Positions 1-11,795 of a DNA stretch of 64,000 nt are shown in pieces. A program made the position numbers and the translations under genes. Within the stretch, counting starts at the first letter, position 1, and each line of letters starts with the position of its first letter. The DNA comes from a virus, in the IMG/VR virus record IMGVR_UViG_3300029319_000010, positions 1 to 64,000 of that record; one strand, given 5' to 3'. The notes below the pieces were generated by a model. The model searched no databases, had not been told where the DNA came from, and saw only the letters and a list, made by a program, of their open reading frames with translations.

Positions 1-3000
1 CATCATTTGGTTTATTTCTTTTATCAAACTTATTGTTCTTATCAAACTCTGGAAACTTAACTTCACCTTTTTCTGCCCTTTTTAATGTTTCTTGATACTT
101 TTCATATTGAGGATTTCTATCTATTGTTAATGTAGCTTCATTAAGTTTTTCTTGTGTTGTTGTACTAAGCACTCTTTCAAATGCTAGTTGTGCCTCAGTA
201 GCAGAAAGTGTTTCTGCATTAGGATCTGCAAACTTTCCAAACTTTACTAAACCTGGATTAAAAGGATAAAACTTTACTCCATTATCTATAGGAATCTTTT
301 TAATTGATTCAGATATAGGTCTATCAGTTTTACCTATAATAGTCCACTCTTGATCAGTCCAATCTTTTTTAGTTTTAATAAAGTCCTTTCTCTTCTTAGA
401 ATATGGTTTACCTATATCTTCACTATGTACTATATATAAATTTTTATTTTTATTAAATGTACTCTCTGTTGATCTTACAATCCATACATTCTTAGGATCT
501 CCTTTTCTTACAAGTCTATCACCTGTTTGAAAAGTTTCTCCAAATAAATCTTCAATTACAAAAGGATTTATAGGACTATACTCATTAATTCTTTTAGCTG
601 CTAACTTTGCTTGATCTAAAGTTTTATATGAACCTATATCATCTGGTGATATATCTTTTATTCTACCAAAAATATTATTTCCACTAGCATCAACAACAGC
701 ATAAATAAATCTATCTTGCTTACCAGTCTCAGATATTCTTGTTTGTTTTATGAAGATGCCGTCATAATTTGTATCTTTTATTTCAATATTATCTGATTCT
801 GTAGGTACATCTTCTTTAGTAGCTTTTTTATTAAACTCTACTGTAGATACAAATCTTAACTCTGTTTCATATTTCTCAATTATATCAAATACAGCTAACT
901 TATTATTTGGATCTATAATCCAATTATCAAAATCCCTAGCCCCTGTTTTTTTATAATTTTCACTCTCTTTATATTTTTCAAATAAATCATATCTTGCACC
1001 TAGTATTTGAAAACCACCATCACCTAATGGTAGTTTCTTTTTCTTCCAATCTGAATAATCTAAAGATGGTCTATCTGAATTTGCATATAATGCGTAAACA
1101 TCTTTCATTAAAGTTTGAGTAGGTTTATTAGCAGAATAAAAATTATCTCTTGCTTTAATTGCAGCTATAGTAGCATTAGAATTAGGATCTTCATCAACAG
1201 GCACTATAACTTCATCATTTTCTAAAGCATTCTCATAAGGATCATTCCCTTGTTGTAATTCATCTAACTGTTCTTCTACTGTAGCTTCTTGATTTTGCTC
1301 TTCTTCTTTTTTCTCAACTACTTCTGCTGCTTCAATAGCTTGTCTATAAGATCTTTCTAACTTTTTAATCTCTGCAAACTCAGGCATATCTTCTGTTATG
1401 GGGCCTTTTTCAAAAGATATGTATTCACTTGGCAGTTTATTTTGTTTTATAAATGCTTCTACTTGTTCTGGTGCAGGTTGAACTTGTGTTAAACCTTGTG
1501 CTTCACCTAATTTAGATAATTGATTTAAAAAAGTTCTTTGTGCATCTGTTAATATAGTTCTGTTTACTCTTTTAATTGAAGCATTTTTAGATGCATATTT
1601 ATTGTAAACTTGTTTGTGTACAATAGCCATTTCGTCAGCAAACCGTTTAGCAGTAACTGGATTAGCAAAAAAGTTAATAGCATCATTATATCTTGCTGCT
1701 TGTACATCTAAAGTTGTAAAATCTATAATCTTATCTATGTTTTCTCTTAAATCTTTATTTACTACTGACCCTCCTCTATAGGTAGCAATTTTTGCAAAAT
1801 AAGTTTGTATTAAATCTTTTAACTCTTCAACCATAAACTCAGGTAAATCAGAAACATCTAAACCTCTTTTTAAAGCTTGTATATTTGTAGCATCAAATAA
1901 AAGAGGTTTTATCTTTTGTAGTAAATCTAACTTTGCTCTTTTAAAATCTAAGTCTTCTTTTGTTTCAGGAGTTACTTCTGCATTTGCTAAAGTTTCTTTT
2001 AAAAATAAAATCTCTTTAGTCATACTTCTTTCAGATAATAATACATCTAACTCAGAAGCTTCTAAATTAGATACAACTGGAATTTGTGTTAATGATTGTA
2101 ATATATCTGCTTTTCTTTTTGTATAGTTTCTAAAAGAATCTCTAGAAAATAAAGCCATATCTCTCATAAACTCCCAACCTTGATAGTTAAAATACGCAGC
2201 ATTATATTCATCAGTACCCTTTTCATACTGAGTATATATGTATGGATTAGGTAACTTATCTGCTATATCTCTTTTATCTTTTTTTAATATTTTTGCATTT
2301 TCTATTGCTTCATCTAATCTTGTTCTTATTTTTTCAGGATCTGCATTTTTATCATCTACTATATTTACTATTTCTTTATCATCTAATTGTTTATATGATT
2401 CCATTTGATCAATAAATACATCATGACTTCCGCTATTAAGACTTGCTTTAATAGCTTGAAAAAGCTGTCCAGCCTTTGTATCAAAGTATTTTTTTACTTC
2501 ACCAGTTGTCACATGTTGAAAAGCCTCACGATCTGCTAGTAGTGTTGCTGCAGCATTCATTGTAGTTGGATGATAAAAATTAACAACATCATTGTATATA
2601 GCATTATCTCTTGCTGCCTGTATTTCTCTATACTTATCTGTTGCTTTTTTAAGATTTGCATAATCTTTATCTACCCTAGTATTAATAAAATCAGGAAGTA
2701 CATTAAATACTATTGATTGAGGTATTACTGTCGCACCTCTCATAAAAAAACCAGATAAAAACACTTTTAAACCTTGTGGTGACCATTGTTTGCTTATACC
2801 CTTTTTTGCATACTTAGAATATTCTTGAGGTGAAGATGCTAAAGCAGAAATTTCAGTTGATAATTGTTCTCCTGGTGTTTTATTAGAAGTCATATTATTA
2901 GCACTCTCCCAAACATTATCAACCAGCCCAAGAGATTTTTGTATTTCTGAATAAGTTAAACTATCAAGCATATTATTATAATATGCAGTCACTCCATCAG

Positions 3001-4660
3001 CAATTGCTTCTTGTGATACTTCTTGAACACCTTCCGGTATACCTAATATTGTAAATCTTAAAGCTCCGCCAGCAAGTCCTTTTGCTACACCTTTAGGAGA
3101 TGCAGCTTTTAAATTTTTTAAAAACCCCCTAATTCCTTGCTTTTTAGCAGCTACAGCTACAACAGGTTTTGTTGGAGTTCCTGGTTTAAATGCTCTACCT
3201 GCAGCAGTCCTTACTGTAGCACCTCTTGCACCATCTATACCTGTCTCTATTGCATCACCTGTTATCTTACGGAAACCTCTCATTGCTGTTCCAATAAGAA
3301 GTTTATTACTTAAATATATAAGTGGAAAGTTTTGATACAATGTCTTTAAACCTGCTCTCTTACCCATCTCTACTGTTGTTAACATTTCACCAGGTGTTAA
3401 AGGTCTACCAAATTTTTCTTCTAATTCTTTTTTTGATAGCTCTTGTATCTTCATCTCTTCCATACCTGCCTCCATCTTTGACTCAGCTAGTGCTAGATTA
3501 ATAGATCTTAAATCTCTATAGAATCCACCAAATGTTGTTTGTGCTTTAGCAAGAGATGTTAAATTATCACCAATAGAAGCAGAATGTTTTAATTTAGCAA
3601 AAGCACGCATTGTTTCTGGAGCAAAGAAATTACCTATACCTCTAGCTGTGCCTTGAAATCCATATTTAGCTGCTTGATAAAAATTCTCTGCATTCTTTAC
3701 TTTATTTAAAGTGTGACTGAAATTTCCTACTTGAGAAGTAAATCTTCTTACATCTGCTGCTCTTTCAAATGTTGTTTTAATTCTATTTATATTTCTAGCA
3801 GTACCAGCAGCCTTTGCATAAGCACTACCACCTCCTGTAAATGGAGAAGCTAAAACAGCTCCTCCCCATAATGCTAATTCTTCTAAAGCTATACCACCTA
3901 TTATACCAAATGTATATGCACTATTAACAAAAAAATCATTAATATGTCCTCTAGCAGTACCAGGGTTGTTTGTCATACCAATTCTCATTTGATCACTCAT
4001 AGCTCTAGCACCTTGAAAATCAGATAAGAAAGGATCACCTCTAAATAAATCCATTGTAGATCTATATGAAGAACCTACCGCGCTTTTAAATAATGATTTA
4101 AATGAGCCCCAACTTCTAGCCATTGCCTCCTGATTAGTCATATTTTGGTTATAATATCTTTCATTATCTCCAAAAGGATTAAAACCTAATCTAGAAAATG
4201 CAGAAGAAGAATAATATCTATCTAAATTAGTTGCAGCTGTATTAAGCTTTAGTGACTCAGTATAGTTAGGAGTTAAACCATCTTCAAAACCTAAAGCACC
4301 ATCAACTATTTGACGGTATCTCCCTTCTCTTTTTTGAACATCAGTACCTTGAAAATCACCAGATGATTCTGAATAAGGATCAAAGTTAGGTGTTACCTTA
4401 CCTGGATATGGTGCACTCATACTATTATTAGGTGGAAAGTATGGAAGAAACTGAGTAAAATTTTTAGCATCTTCTATAAGGGCATCTGTATATGGATCAA
4501 TAGGGCCAACATTATCAAACTCAAAAGCTTGAGATGCCATTTTTTGAAATGTATCTGGTGGTGGTAAATCAATCCTTGCATCATTAAGATTAATTTCTGG
4601 AGTAGAAAAAGAATCCTGCAAGATGTTATTTTCTGATAAGTTTAGTTTCTCTGTAGCCAT
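1..4660 (-). CDS. Giant virion cargo/ejection protein (>=1553 aa), truncated at the left window edge; position of the crAss-like virion-RNAP/ejection block
   Basis: Not in the ORF track. Manual translation from ATG at 4660 (MATEKLNLSENNILQDSF...) stays open to position 2 (...NKFDKRNKPND). Has a Gly/Ala hydrophobic segment (AYTFGIIGGIALEELALWGGAVLASPFTGGG) and an EGVQEVSQE motif. Follows the muzzle and other cargo genes. Confidence 0.75.
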   Translation of the reverse strand, partial: MATEKLNLSENNILQDSFSTPEINLNDARIDLPPPDTFQKMASQAFEFDNVGPIDPYTDALIEDAKNFTQFLPYFPPNNSMSAPYPGKVTPNFDPYSESSGDFQGTDVQKREGRYRQIVDGALGFEDGLTPNYTESLKLNTAATNLDRYYSSSAFSRLGFNPFGDNERYYNQNMTNQEAMARSWGSFKSLFKSAVGSSYRSTMDLFRGDPFLSDFQGARAMSDQMRIGMTNNPGTARGHINDFFVNSAYTFGIIGGIALEELALWGGAVLASPFTGGGSAYAKAAGTARNINRIKTTFERAADVRRFTSQVGNFSHTLNKVKNAENFYQAAKYGFQGTARGIGNFFAPETMRAFAKLKHSASIGDNLTSLAKAQTTFGGFYRDLRSINLALAESKMEAGMEEMKIQELSKKELEEKFGRPLTPGEMLTTVEMGKRAGLKTLYQNFPLIYLSNKLLIGTAMRGFRKITGDAIETGIDGARGATVRTAAGRAFKPGTPTKPVVAVAAKKQGIRGFLKNLKAASPKGVAKGLAGGALRFTILGIPEGVQEVSQEAIADGVTAYYNNMLDSLTYSEIQKSLGLVDNVWESANNMTSNKTPGEQLSTEISALASSPQEYSKYAKKGISKQWSPQGLKVFLSGFFMRGATVIPQSIVFNVLPDFINTRVDKDYANLKKATDKYREIQAARDNAIYNDVVNFYHPTTMNAAATLLADREAFQHVTTGEVKKYFDTKAGQLFQAIKASLNSGSHDVFIDQMESYKQLDDKEIVNIVDDKNADPEKIRTRLDEAIENAKILKKDKRDIADKLPNPYIYTQYEKGTDEYNAAYFNYQGWEFMRDMALFSRDSFRNYTKRKADILQSLTQIPVVSNLEASELDVLLSERSMTKEILFLKETLANAEVTPETKEDLDFKRAKLDLLQKIKPLLFDATNIQALKRGLDVSDLPEFMVEELKDLIQTYFAKIATYRGGSVVNKDLRENIDKIIDFTTLDVQAARYNDAINFFANPVTAKRFADEMAIVHKQVYNKYASKNASIKRVNRTILTDAQRTFLNQLSKLGEAQGLTQVQPAPEQVEAFIKQNKLPSEYISFEKGPITEDMPEFAEIKKLERSYRQAIEAAEVVEKKEEEQNQEATVEEQLDELQQGNDPYENALENDEVIVPVDEDPNSNATIAAIKARDNFYSANKPTQTLMKDVYALYANSDRPSLDYSDWKKKKLPLGDGGFQILGARYDLFEKYKESENYKKTGARDFDNWIIDPNNKLAVFDIIEKYETELRFVSTVEFNKKATKEDVPTESDNIEIKDTNYDGIFIKQTRISETGKQDRFIYAVVDASGNNIFGRIKDISPDDIGSYKTLDQAKLAAKRINEYSPINPFVIEDLFGETFQTGDRLVRKGDPKNVWIVRSTESTFNKNKNLYIVHSEDIGKPYSKKRKDFIKTKKDWTDQEWTIIGKTDRPISESIKKIPIDNGVKFYPFNPGLVKFGKFADPNAETLSATEAQLAFERVLSTTTQEKLNEATLTIDRNPQYEKYQETLKRAEKGEVKFPEFDKNNKFDKRNKPND

Positions 4661-4665
4661 TATAG

Positions 4666-7600
4666 TTAGTTTTTAGCTTCGTTCTCATCAGCAATATTCT
4701 GTATTGCTGTTTCTATTAAATGTTGCTCCAGTGCTCCCTTTAATTGTATAATTTGATCTGCTCTATATATTCTTTCATCTGGTATAATTTGAGCTGGGAC
4801 TATTGCTAAAGAATCAGAGTTCCATCTATAGTCTTGCACTTTTACTCCAAAATTACCCCCACCTAAATGTTCTATTATTGCTGTACCAGCATTTGGTAAT
4901 TGCATTTTATATGTTTGATCATCACTTGTCATTATATACTTAGCTAATTCATCTACAGCATATGATGAATCCATATTTCTATTTTGATCTAAATCTTTTC
5001 TCATATACATTACTATACCATTAGTCATAATAGCTTGGTATGCTTTTAAACCATCTTCATTTAATTGAACTTTAAAAGTACCTGCTTGTGTTGGTGATGT
5101 TGATCCAAATGATTGTCCATCTTCATTTGTAATTGTTGCAAGCATGTCTTCTATAATTGGTCCTGATTGTATATTGGGTTGTAATTTATATGCTGTAAAA
5201 GTATAATTACCATCAGGCCCTAACTCATTAGATCCTGTCTTACTCCATGAAATATCAAAAATAGATCTTTTAGTATCATTCTTTTGAGCCATTAATAAAT
5301 AATCTATCATTTGCTCTAATATTTGATTTGAAGCAATATTCTTTTCATCATTTATTAAAGCATTAACATCAGCTCCAAAACCTGTTTCACCAGTTCCTGG
5401 TATACTAGCTTGCCAATCTTTACCAGGAACTCTACTTCTTAATACTTCAGCCATGTTTAAAATAAAATGTGTAGCATCTGTAGGAACTCTTTGACCATCT
5501 ACCATTTGATATTTAGGATATGTATTATCATAATAAGCATCCATAATAGGATCTAACTTTACATCTTGTCCCATTTGTGGTAAATTGCCACTTATATAAT
5601 CTTTATAATTAAATGAATACTTACCAGGAGCATCAGCTTCTCTCATTAGTATTTGTAAATTTTGTAGCATACCTACATCATCAGCACCTGATAATCTTTC
5701 TTCTCCTTGTGCATTCTCTGAACTATCTACTCCATCATAAACCTCATAAGCCAGCTCTCTCAATGCTTCTATTTTTTTATCATTATCTTTTTGTTCTCTT
5801 CCTCCAAAAAATCCAGTTCTTGAAGCATATGGTTCAAAATACCATTGACCTGGATTATCACCAAATCTACCTTCAATACCTAATTGATAGTCATCATTTT
5901 CTTCATACCAAAAGAAAGATTGTGCAAGTAATGGATTCTTTTCAAATATATCTATTTTTACATCATCATCAGGATTATACTCTTTAAATTGTCTTCCAAC
6001 TTGTCTATATGTAGACTTAGCAGCACGTGAATGATTTTTATTTAAATAATCTAAAATTTCATCAACTTTACCACCATTAGTTGCCATTGCCACAACTTGA
6101 TCAGCAAAAGTTTCTTTATCCACAATTACAAAAGTACTATCAGAATTTTCATTTAAAATGCTTGATATAGATTCTCCTCTTAAAGCCATATCTTTTTGAG
6201 TTAAGCTTTGCACTATAGGAGGAAAACCTTTTTGATTAACAGCATTATCTGTTATATTTTCTGCTTGTAAATTTCTAAAAATTCTATTTTTTTCTTTTTC
6301 TCCTTGTACAAATAGTCCCTTTTGTACATCTAAATTCTGTATTATAGCAAGAAGATTTGCATATGCTTCAGGTCTATTATTTAAAGTAGCAAGATTTGGA
6401 TTAATTAATATATCTTGTTCTATAAGAGAAGTATTAGGATCCCCTGGTATTTCACTTCTATATCCTGCAGTTAATGTACTATCAACTAAAGATCTAAAAT
6501 GATTTACTACTAAATCTTTATTTGCTTCATTTCCTGGACTTTGATAATCTTCTATCATATCATTTACAGTTCCAGTCTTAGTAATTGTATTATCAAAACC
6601 TACATTAATAGGATATTTAAATTGTGTTCCTAAACTGTCAGTGACTATATATGGAGAGTTTTTAAATTCATCAGGCATACTACCTATTAAACTCAAAAGT
6701 AAATCTTCATTTTGTTGTACCTTTGAGTATTGGTCATTACTATCTTTAAGAATATTATCTAGAATATTAAATTCCATATTTCCCAAATCCTCTTCTTCTA
6801 AATCATAATTTTTAAAATCAAATGCTTTTGGTTTTGCATCTCTAAAGTTTTCATATATAGATCCTGTAATACCATCTGCTTGTGCATCTAAGATTGCTTT
6901 CTGTTGTTGATTTAATCTAGTTTGTCTCCCTCTTTCTGCTATTAGACCCATTTCAAGTTGGTTTTTATAACCTTCTAATAACCACTTAAACTCTTGTTCT
7001 TTCTTTAACTTAGCTAATTCATTTACTTTAAAAGTTGTCTCTGCTCCAATTCTACTGTACTGAGAACCTGCCTCTTTTAACTTAGGGCCTACAGTTAATA
7101 AGCTAAAAGCTTGATACGCTGTTGACAAAAGTTTATCTAGATCATTAGCAGGAGACTTTAATGTTTGAACTTGCTGTTGTATTAAATCTTTATTCTTTTT
7201 AGCTAGATCTAATTCAAAAGCCTTTTGCATAACTAAGTTTTCTGTAGGACTACCTGGTATTATATTATATTGTTTTTTATAATCTTCCCAACCTTTAACA
7301 GTATTCTCTAAATTTTGCTCTAATGAATCTGTCTCTGCTAATTCTACCATACCTGCATCTACAGCTTGATTTATATAATCTTCTGCCCAAAACTGATAAG
7401 CAGCTTCTTCACTACCATACTCTTGTATATTTTCTGGATTTGTTGCAAAGTTCCTTGCATTTACATAAGCTTCTGTTTGCATACCTAATTGAACTTTAGG
7501 ATCTGTAAGCATTGTATTTTTTAAAAAGGTAAATGTATCATCAACAGTTATAGGTATAGGTTCACCTTCTGAATCTAATTTATATTCTTTTCCATCATCA

Positions 7601-8253
7601 CTTAATTCATATCCTATAACTCTATTAGTTAAAGCTGTTCCATTCTTTGTAGTTATCATCCAATCTCCATTAGGAGTTGTTTGTGTAAAAGATAATCCTG
7701 ATGCTTTTAATGATTCTAATGCTCTTTCAAAATAGTTTGGATTATCAACATAACTAGGAAGACCCATACCTCTTGCACCATTAGTATCAGCATTTTTAAA
7801 ATCCTCTAGATGCATACCTAATCTATCTACACCTATTTGCCACCACTTATCATTATCTTGTGGGTTAGGAGAGTTAAAATAAAAATTAGCTTTTTCCATT
7901 TGATCACTAACTCTTTTAGTAAAAGCCATATCTTTTCTTATATCTTGATCTTCATAGAATGGTCTAAATAAACCTTTAGCTGCATCTACATTTTGTTGTA
8001 GTGATAAATCTAATCCAGCAACTTGTTTTAAACCCTCAGATAATTTATTTATATATTGATCTCTTCTTTCAATATTCTCATCTCTAGTTAAGGGTGCATT
8101 AATAACATCATTATATAAATTATTTAATGCTTTAAAGTTTGTATCATACCTATCCTGTCTGACAGTTAATACATCAGATAGAAACTTATAGTCCGGCTTA
8201 AACGGCTCTAAATTCGGTATGTAATCCTGTACTCCAGGTAAATATGTAGCCAT
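4666..8253 (-). CDS. Large virion cargo/ejection protein (1195 aa)
   Basis: Long acidic, helical-looking ORF in the block downstream of the muzzle gene; function by synteny only. Confidence 0.55.
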   Translation of the reverse strand: MATYLPGVQDYIPNLEPFKPDYKFLSDVLTVRQDRYDTNFKALNNLYNDVINAPLTRDENIERRDQYINKLSEGLKQVAGLDLSLQQNVDAAKGLFRPFYEDQDIRKDMAFTKRVSDQMEKANFYFNSPNPQDNDKWWQIGVDRLGMHLEDFKNADTNGARGMGLPSYVDNPNYFERALESLKASGLSFTQTTPNGDWMITTKNGTALTNRVIGYELSDDGKEYKLDSEGEPIPITVDDTFTFLKNTMLTDPKVQLGMQTEAYVNARNFATNPENIQEYGSEEAAYQFWAEDYINQAVDAGMVELAETDSLEQNLENTVKGWEDYKKQYNIIPGSPTENLVMQKAFELDLAKKNKDLIQQQVQTLKSPANDLDKLLSTAYQAFSLLTVGPKLKEAGSQYSRIGAETTFKVNELAKLKKEQEFKWLLEGYKNQLEMGLIAERGRQTRLNQQQKAILDAQADGITGSIYENFRDAKPKAFDFKNYDLEEEDLGNMEFNILDNILKDSNDQYSKVQQNEDLLLSLIGSMPDEFKNSPYIVTDSLGTQFKYPINVGFDNTITKTGTVNDMIEDYQSPGNEANKDLVVNHFRSLVDSTLTAGYRSEIPGDPNTSLIEQDILINPNLATLNNRPEAYANLLAIIQNLDVQKGLFVQGEKEKNRIFRNLQAENITDNAVNQKGFPPIVQSLTQKDMALRGESISSILNENSDSTFVIVDKETFADQVVAMATNGGKVDEILDYLNKNHSRAAKSTYRQVGRQFKEYNPDDDVKIDIFEKNPLLAQSFFWYEENDDYQLGIEGRFGDNPGQWYFEPYASRTGFFGGREQKDNDKKIEALRELAYEVYDGVDSSENAQGEERLSGADDVGMLQNLQILMREADAPGKYSFNYKDYISGNLPQMGQDVKLDPIMDAYYDNTYPKYQMVDGQRVPTDATHFILNMAEVLRSRVPGKDWQASIPGTGETGFGADVNALINDEKNIASNQILEQMIDYLLMAQKNDTKRSIFDISWSKTGSNELGPDGNYTFTAYKLQPNIQSGPIIEDMLATITNEDGQSFGSTSPTQAGTFKVQLNEDGLKAYQAIMTNGIVMYMRKDLDQNRNMDSSYAVDELAKYIMTSDDQTYKMQLPNAGTAIIEHLGGGNFGVKVQDYRWNSDSLAIVPAQIIPDERIYRADQIIQLKGALEQHLIETAIQNIADENEAKN

Positions 8254-8312
8254 AATACTAAGATACTAAAATTTTATAAGTTTTTCTTTTTTTCATTTTA
8301 CACTTTTTAAGT

Positions 8313-11300
8313 TTAACGCCTTGTTCTTTTTAAAAAGTCATTAAGTGCCATACCACTTCTAGCAAGTCTTAACTCTCTACCTTTTCTAGATATATTATCA
8401 TAACCACTATTCATTACAGCATCTGAATCAGTGTTTGTACTTTGATTATTAAAGTTCTTATTCCATGTATTAAAATTAGGAATATTATCTTCAGGTATAC
8501 CATCTAAAACCATATTTCTATAAAACTCCACATACTGATCAGTTGCATCTCCTGAACTTCTATAATTTGGATCTTTATTAAACTCCTTTGGATTTACAAT
8601 ATCAATAAACCCTCCTGTGCCAGGCATAACATTAAAGTTAGGATACAAAGTATTCATATTATATGTATTAGCTGCATTAGTATACATATTTTGCATTTGC
8701 TTTGTAATCTCTGCATTAGCTTTTCTTAATGAGTTATCATAGTTTTGTTCTGTTAAGACAGTATTATCATATAGTTTTTTTAATTCATTATTATTTAAAA
8801 GCTGTGTTTTATATTTAATCTCTGCATTCTTTGCTGCTACTGTATTAGCTATAGTAACATTATCATTTTGAACTCTATTCATTGCGTCAGCTATTTGTGC
8901 TGCTGCTTTACCTTGTGCTTTTGCTTGAACAGCTGCAGCTCTTTGTGGTCCTGAGAAAGCAGAAGCTGTATCTGCTGCAATCACAGCTTGTTCACCTATT
9001 GCAGCTATTTCTCTTTCTGGGTCTTTAAATACAGGATCAATCAAGTTTTCATTATACTTAGGTGCCCATGGGTAATACTTTTTAAGACTCATCTTAGCAT
9101 CTAAAGCATTAGCTACACCCATCTTATCTTGTAACCAAAACTGAGGATCTGGAGGTGTAGTTACATCTATATCAGGCACATCCAATTCTTCTAAAGGTGA
9201 TTCACAAGTACATCCCTCACCTGTTGCAGGATCATATGGTATAAATGTACCACCCTTTTGATCACACTCTTCTTTTATTTGTGCAGCATTAGCACAATCT
9301 GTAGTTTCTGTTACAGCACTTTCTACATTAAATAGTGTATCATTACCTATATATGTGCTTAGCTTAGATGCATTAGCATCAGCATCTAATTGATCAGTAT
9401 CAATATTTTGTTTAGTATTTATACTAAAATCTTGATTATCCATTTTAGATAATATAGCACCAGAATTAATTGCTGCTTGCATATGTACACCTTCTTCCTC
9501 AGTAAATGCATTAATAGGATTACCATCTGCATCAACTAAACCAAGTTTATTATATTCTTGATTATAGTACCAGTTTTTACCTACACGCTCTCCTTTTCTC
9601 CAAACATTACCTCTGTAGTTTTTACATCTATTATTTCTAATATCATCTGCTGTACATGTATCATCCTTAGTCCATCTAAATTCACTATCCCAGTTTGGAT
9701 CATCTCTATATAAAGGATCATCTTTTGCTTTTTGATTAAATGCATCAGCAACTCTATTATGATGAGCATACATTCTGTGAAACTCTTCTTCTGATAAAGG
9801 TTGAAAGTTTGGATTCTTTTTCAAAAACTTTGAGTCTCTTGTTTTTTGATCTTCTATATATGTTTTATAAATTTGATATCTTTTATCTCTATAATCTTTT
9901 TGCTCTGGAGCTGTATACCAAGAAGACCAATCATCATAACCAGAATAATTATTTTGTATTGTTTGAATATCTCTTTCTGTAACATTTGTAGATTCTCTTT
10001 CTACTTGTTGATAATTTTGTTTATATGCTCTTAAAATTAACTGATAAGTTTCAGGATCAGTATTTGCTAATCTTGCAAGTTCTATAGAGTTAGCTATAAC
10101 TGTACCATCTTCTAATTCTATAGGAAATGCATTTCTATCCAAGGATTCTTTTAACTCTTCTCCTGTTGCTGCTTTTGGAAGCTCACCTCCTTCACTCATT
10201 GTTTCTAATGTATCTCCTGCAGCAAATGCTGACCCTACATAATAAGGACTTGTTTTATCTGTATAATTTAAGTCATCTTGGTCTCTAAAAGTTAAACCTT
10301 TATCATCATCACTTGAATAAGGATTTTCTTTATCTTTTAATTTATTAAATAATTCTAGTAATGCTTTATCATTATTTTCAACATAGTTCTTCTGAGTATC
10401 TAAAGCATTATCTAATTCATCTTCTTCTTTACCTATAGTAGTTTCTATTTTATTCTGATAAACTTGCTTATATGCTTCTAAATAAGCTGCATTTGGTTCA
10501 GCAGGTGGCGGATTACCATCTTCAATATATTTAACCCAATATTCCACTGTAGCTTCATCCATACTTTGTTGAGATGAAGTAAGATTTTTTTGTAATAATA
10601 AATCTCTTTCTTGATTAGCTAGTTTTGCAAGTTCAGCATTTAATCTTTTTAACTCTTCATTAAAATCTGTTAACTTTGATATTTGCTCTTGATTAGTAAT
10701 AGTTTTCTCATCATTACTAGCTTTCATAAAAGAACTTTCTAAAGGTGTAGTGCTTGTTAAAGGTTGACCATCATAAGTTTGAGTAGGAACATTAAAGTTA
10801 GGTATATTCATTCCTGAAGTACTTGTATTATCTATTGGAAAAAACATATCAGGCATATCATATTCACCTCTAGTTTGATATTTATCTAACTCACCCCCTT
10901 CTTCTAAATTAGCAATAGGCTTTGTATTCATATCAGGATTCTGCATATCAGCACCTAGATCTCTCATTGCTAATGCTTCTGGATCATTAATCACTCTATT
11001 TTCCTCAGTTGTTTCTATTTGTCTTTGAATATCTTGAACTTGAGCTTTTAACTCCATAACTTTTTCTCTAACCTCTATAGGCAGTTGCATCATAGCTTTT
11101 AACTCTGCTTGTTCTCTAGTTATGTTTTCAACTTCTTGACTAAATTCTATTGGATTAACTCCTTGTTTTTGTAAGTAAGGATATGATGCTAATGGTACAC
11201 CATCTTCAAATTCTTTTTTAGCTTCTTGTAAAAAAGCTAATTGTGAAAGAGACTCCTTATTTTTTTGTAACATATACTCTGCAGTATCTTTTGATATTTT

Positions 11301-11795
11301 ATCTGTATGTTCATCATCTAAAACAGCTATATATTTGTTCAGTTCATATTTTTTAGATACATCAGCCGGAGTCATTTTCTTTTTAGATTCTATACCCATT
11401 TCAGCAAGTTCACTAGGGTTTAACTTCATAGACGTTGTATCAGAATAAATAAAAGATTGAGGAGGTAAATTTAAAGGTGTTCCTCCCTCTGAATGTCTTT
11501 TACCAGATATATCATATAATTCAAAATCACCATCATTATTCATATCAGTTAAAGCAGTCTCTCCCCTTTCAGCTTCTAAATTTGCTTCACTTCTATCAAC
11601 AGGCCCTAAAGTAGTATTTACTTTACCAAATGGTGTAGCAGGAATATTAGAAATATCATCATACATCATATTGTCTGTAATCAAACCATAACTAGAATCT
11701 TGTTGTCCTGTTGACCCTCCATGCATAGACTTCTTAACTATTTTTCCATCTACTAGGGCAAAACCTTCTGGTAATTTATTTATTTTTACTTTCAT
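8313..11795 (-). CDS. Virion cargo protein (1160 aa)
   Basis: N-terminal NLEAERGE...GKRHSEGG motif of the GxxHxxGG type seen in crAss-like cargo proteins; coiled-coil and Ala/Gln-rich C-terminus; synteny. Confidence 0.6.
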   Translation of the reverse strand: MKVKINKLPEGFALVDGKIVKKSMHGGSTGQQDSSYGLITDNMMYDDISNIPATPFGKVNTTLGPVDRSEANLEAERGETALTDMNNDGDFELYDISGKRHSEGGTPLNLPPQSFIYSDTTSMKLNPSELAEMGIESKKKMTPADVSKKYELNKYIAVLDDEHTDKISKDTAEYMLQKNKESLSQLAFLQEAKKEFEDGVPLASYPYLQKQGVNPIEFSQEVENITREQAELKAMMQLPIEVREKVMELKAQVQDIQRQIETTEENRVINDPEALAMRDLGADMQNPDMNTKPIANLEEGGELDKYQTRGEYDMPDMFFPIDNTSTSGMNIPNFNVPTQTYDGQPLTSTTPLESSFMKASNDEKTITNQEQISKLTDFNEELKRLNAELAKLANQERDLLLQKNLTSSQQSMDEATVEYWVKYIEDGNPPPAEPNAAYLEAYKQVYQNKIETTIGKEEDELDNALDTQKNYVENNDKALLELFNKLKDKENPYSSDDDKGLTFRDQDDLNYTDKTSPYYVGSAFAAGDTLETMSEGGELPKAATGEELKESLDRNAFPIELEDGTVIANSIELARLANTDPETYQLILRAYKQNYQQVERESTNVTERDIQTIQNNYSGYDDWSSWYTAPEQKDYRDKRYQIYKTYIEDQKTRDSKFLKKNPNFQPLSEEEFHRMYAHHNRVADAFNQKAKDDPLYRDDPNWDSEFRWTKDDTCTADDIRNNRCKNYRGNVWRKGERVGKNWYYNQEYNKLGLVDADGNPINAFTEEEGVHMQAAINSGAILSKMDNQDFSINTKQNIDTDQLDADANASKLSTYIGNDTLFNVESAVTETTDCANAAQIKEECDQKGGTFIPYDPATGEGCTCESPLEELDVPDIDVTTPPDPQFWLQDKMGVANALDAKMSLKKYYPWAPKYNENLIDPVFKDPEREIAAIGEQAVIAADTASAFSGPQRAAAVQAKAQGKAAAQIADAMNRVQNDNVTIANTVAAKNAEIKYKTQLLNNNELKKLYDNTVLTEQNYDNSLRKANAEITKQMQNMYTNAANTYNMNTLYPNFNVMPGTGGFIDIVNPKEFNKDPNYRSSGDATDQYVEFYRNMVLDGIPEDNIPNFNTWNKNFNNQSTNTDSDAVMNSGYDNISRKGRELRLARSGMALNDFLKRTRR

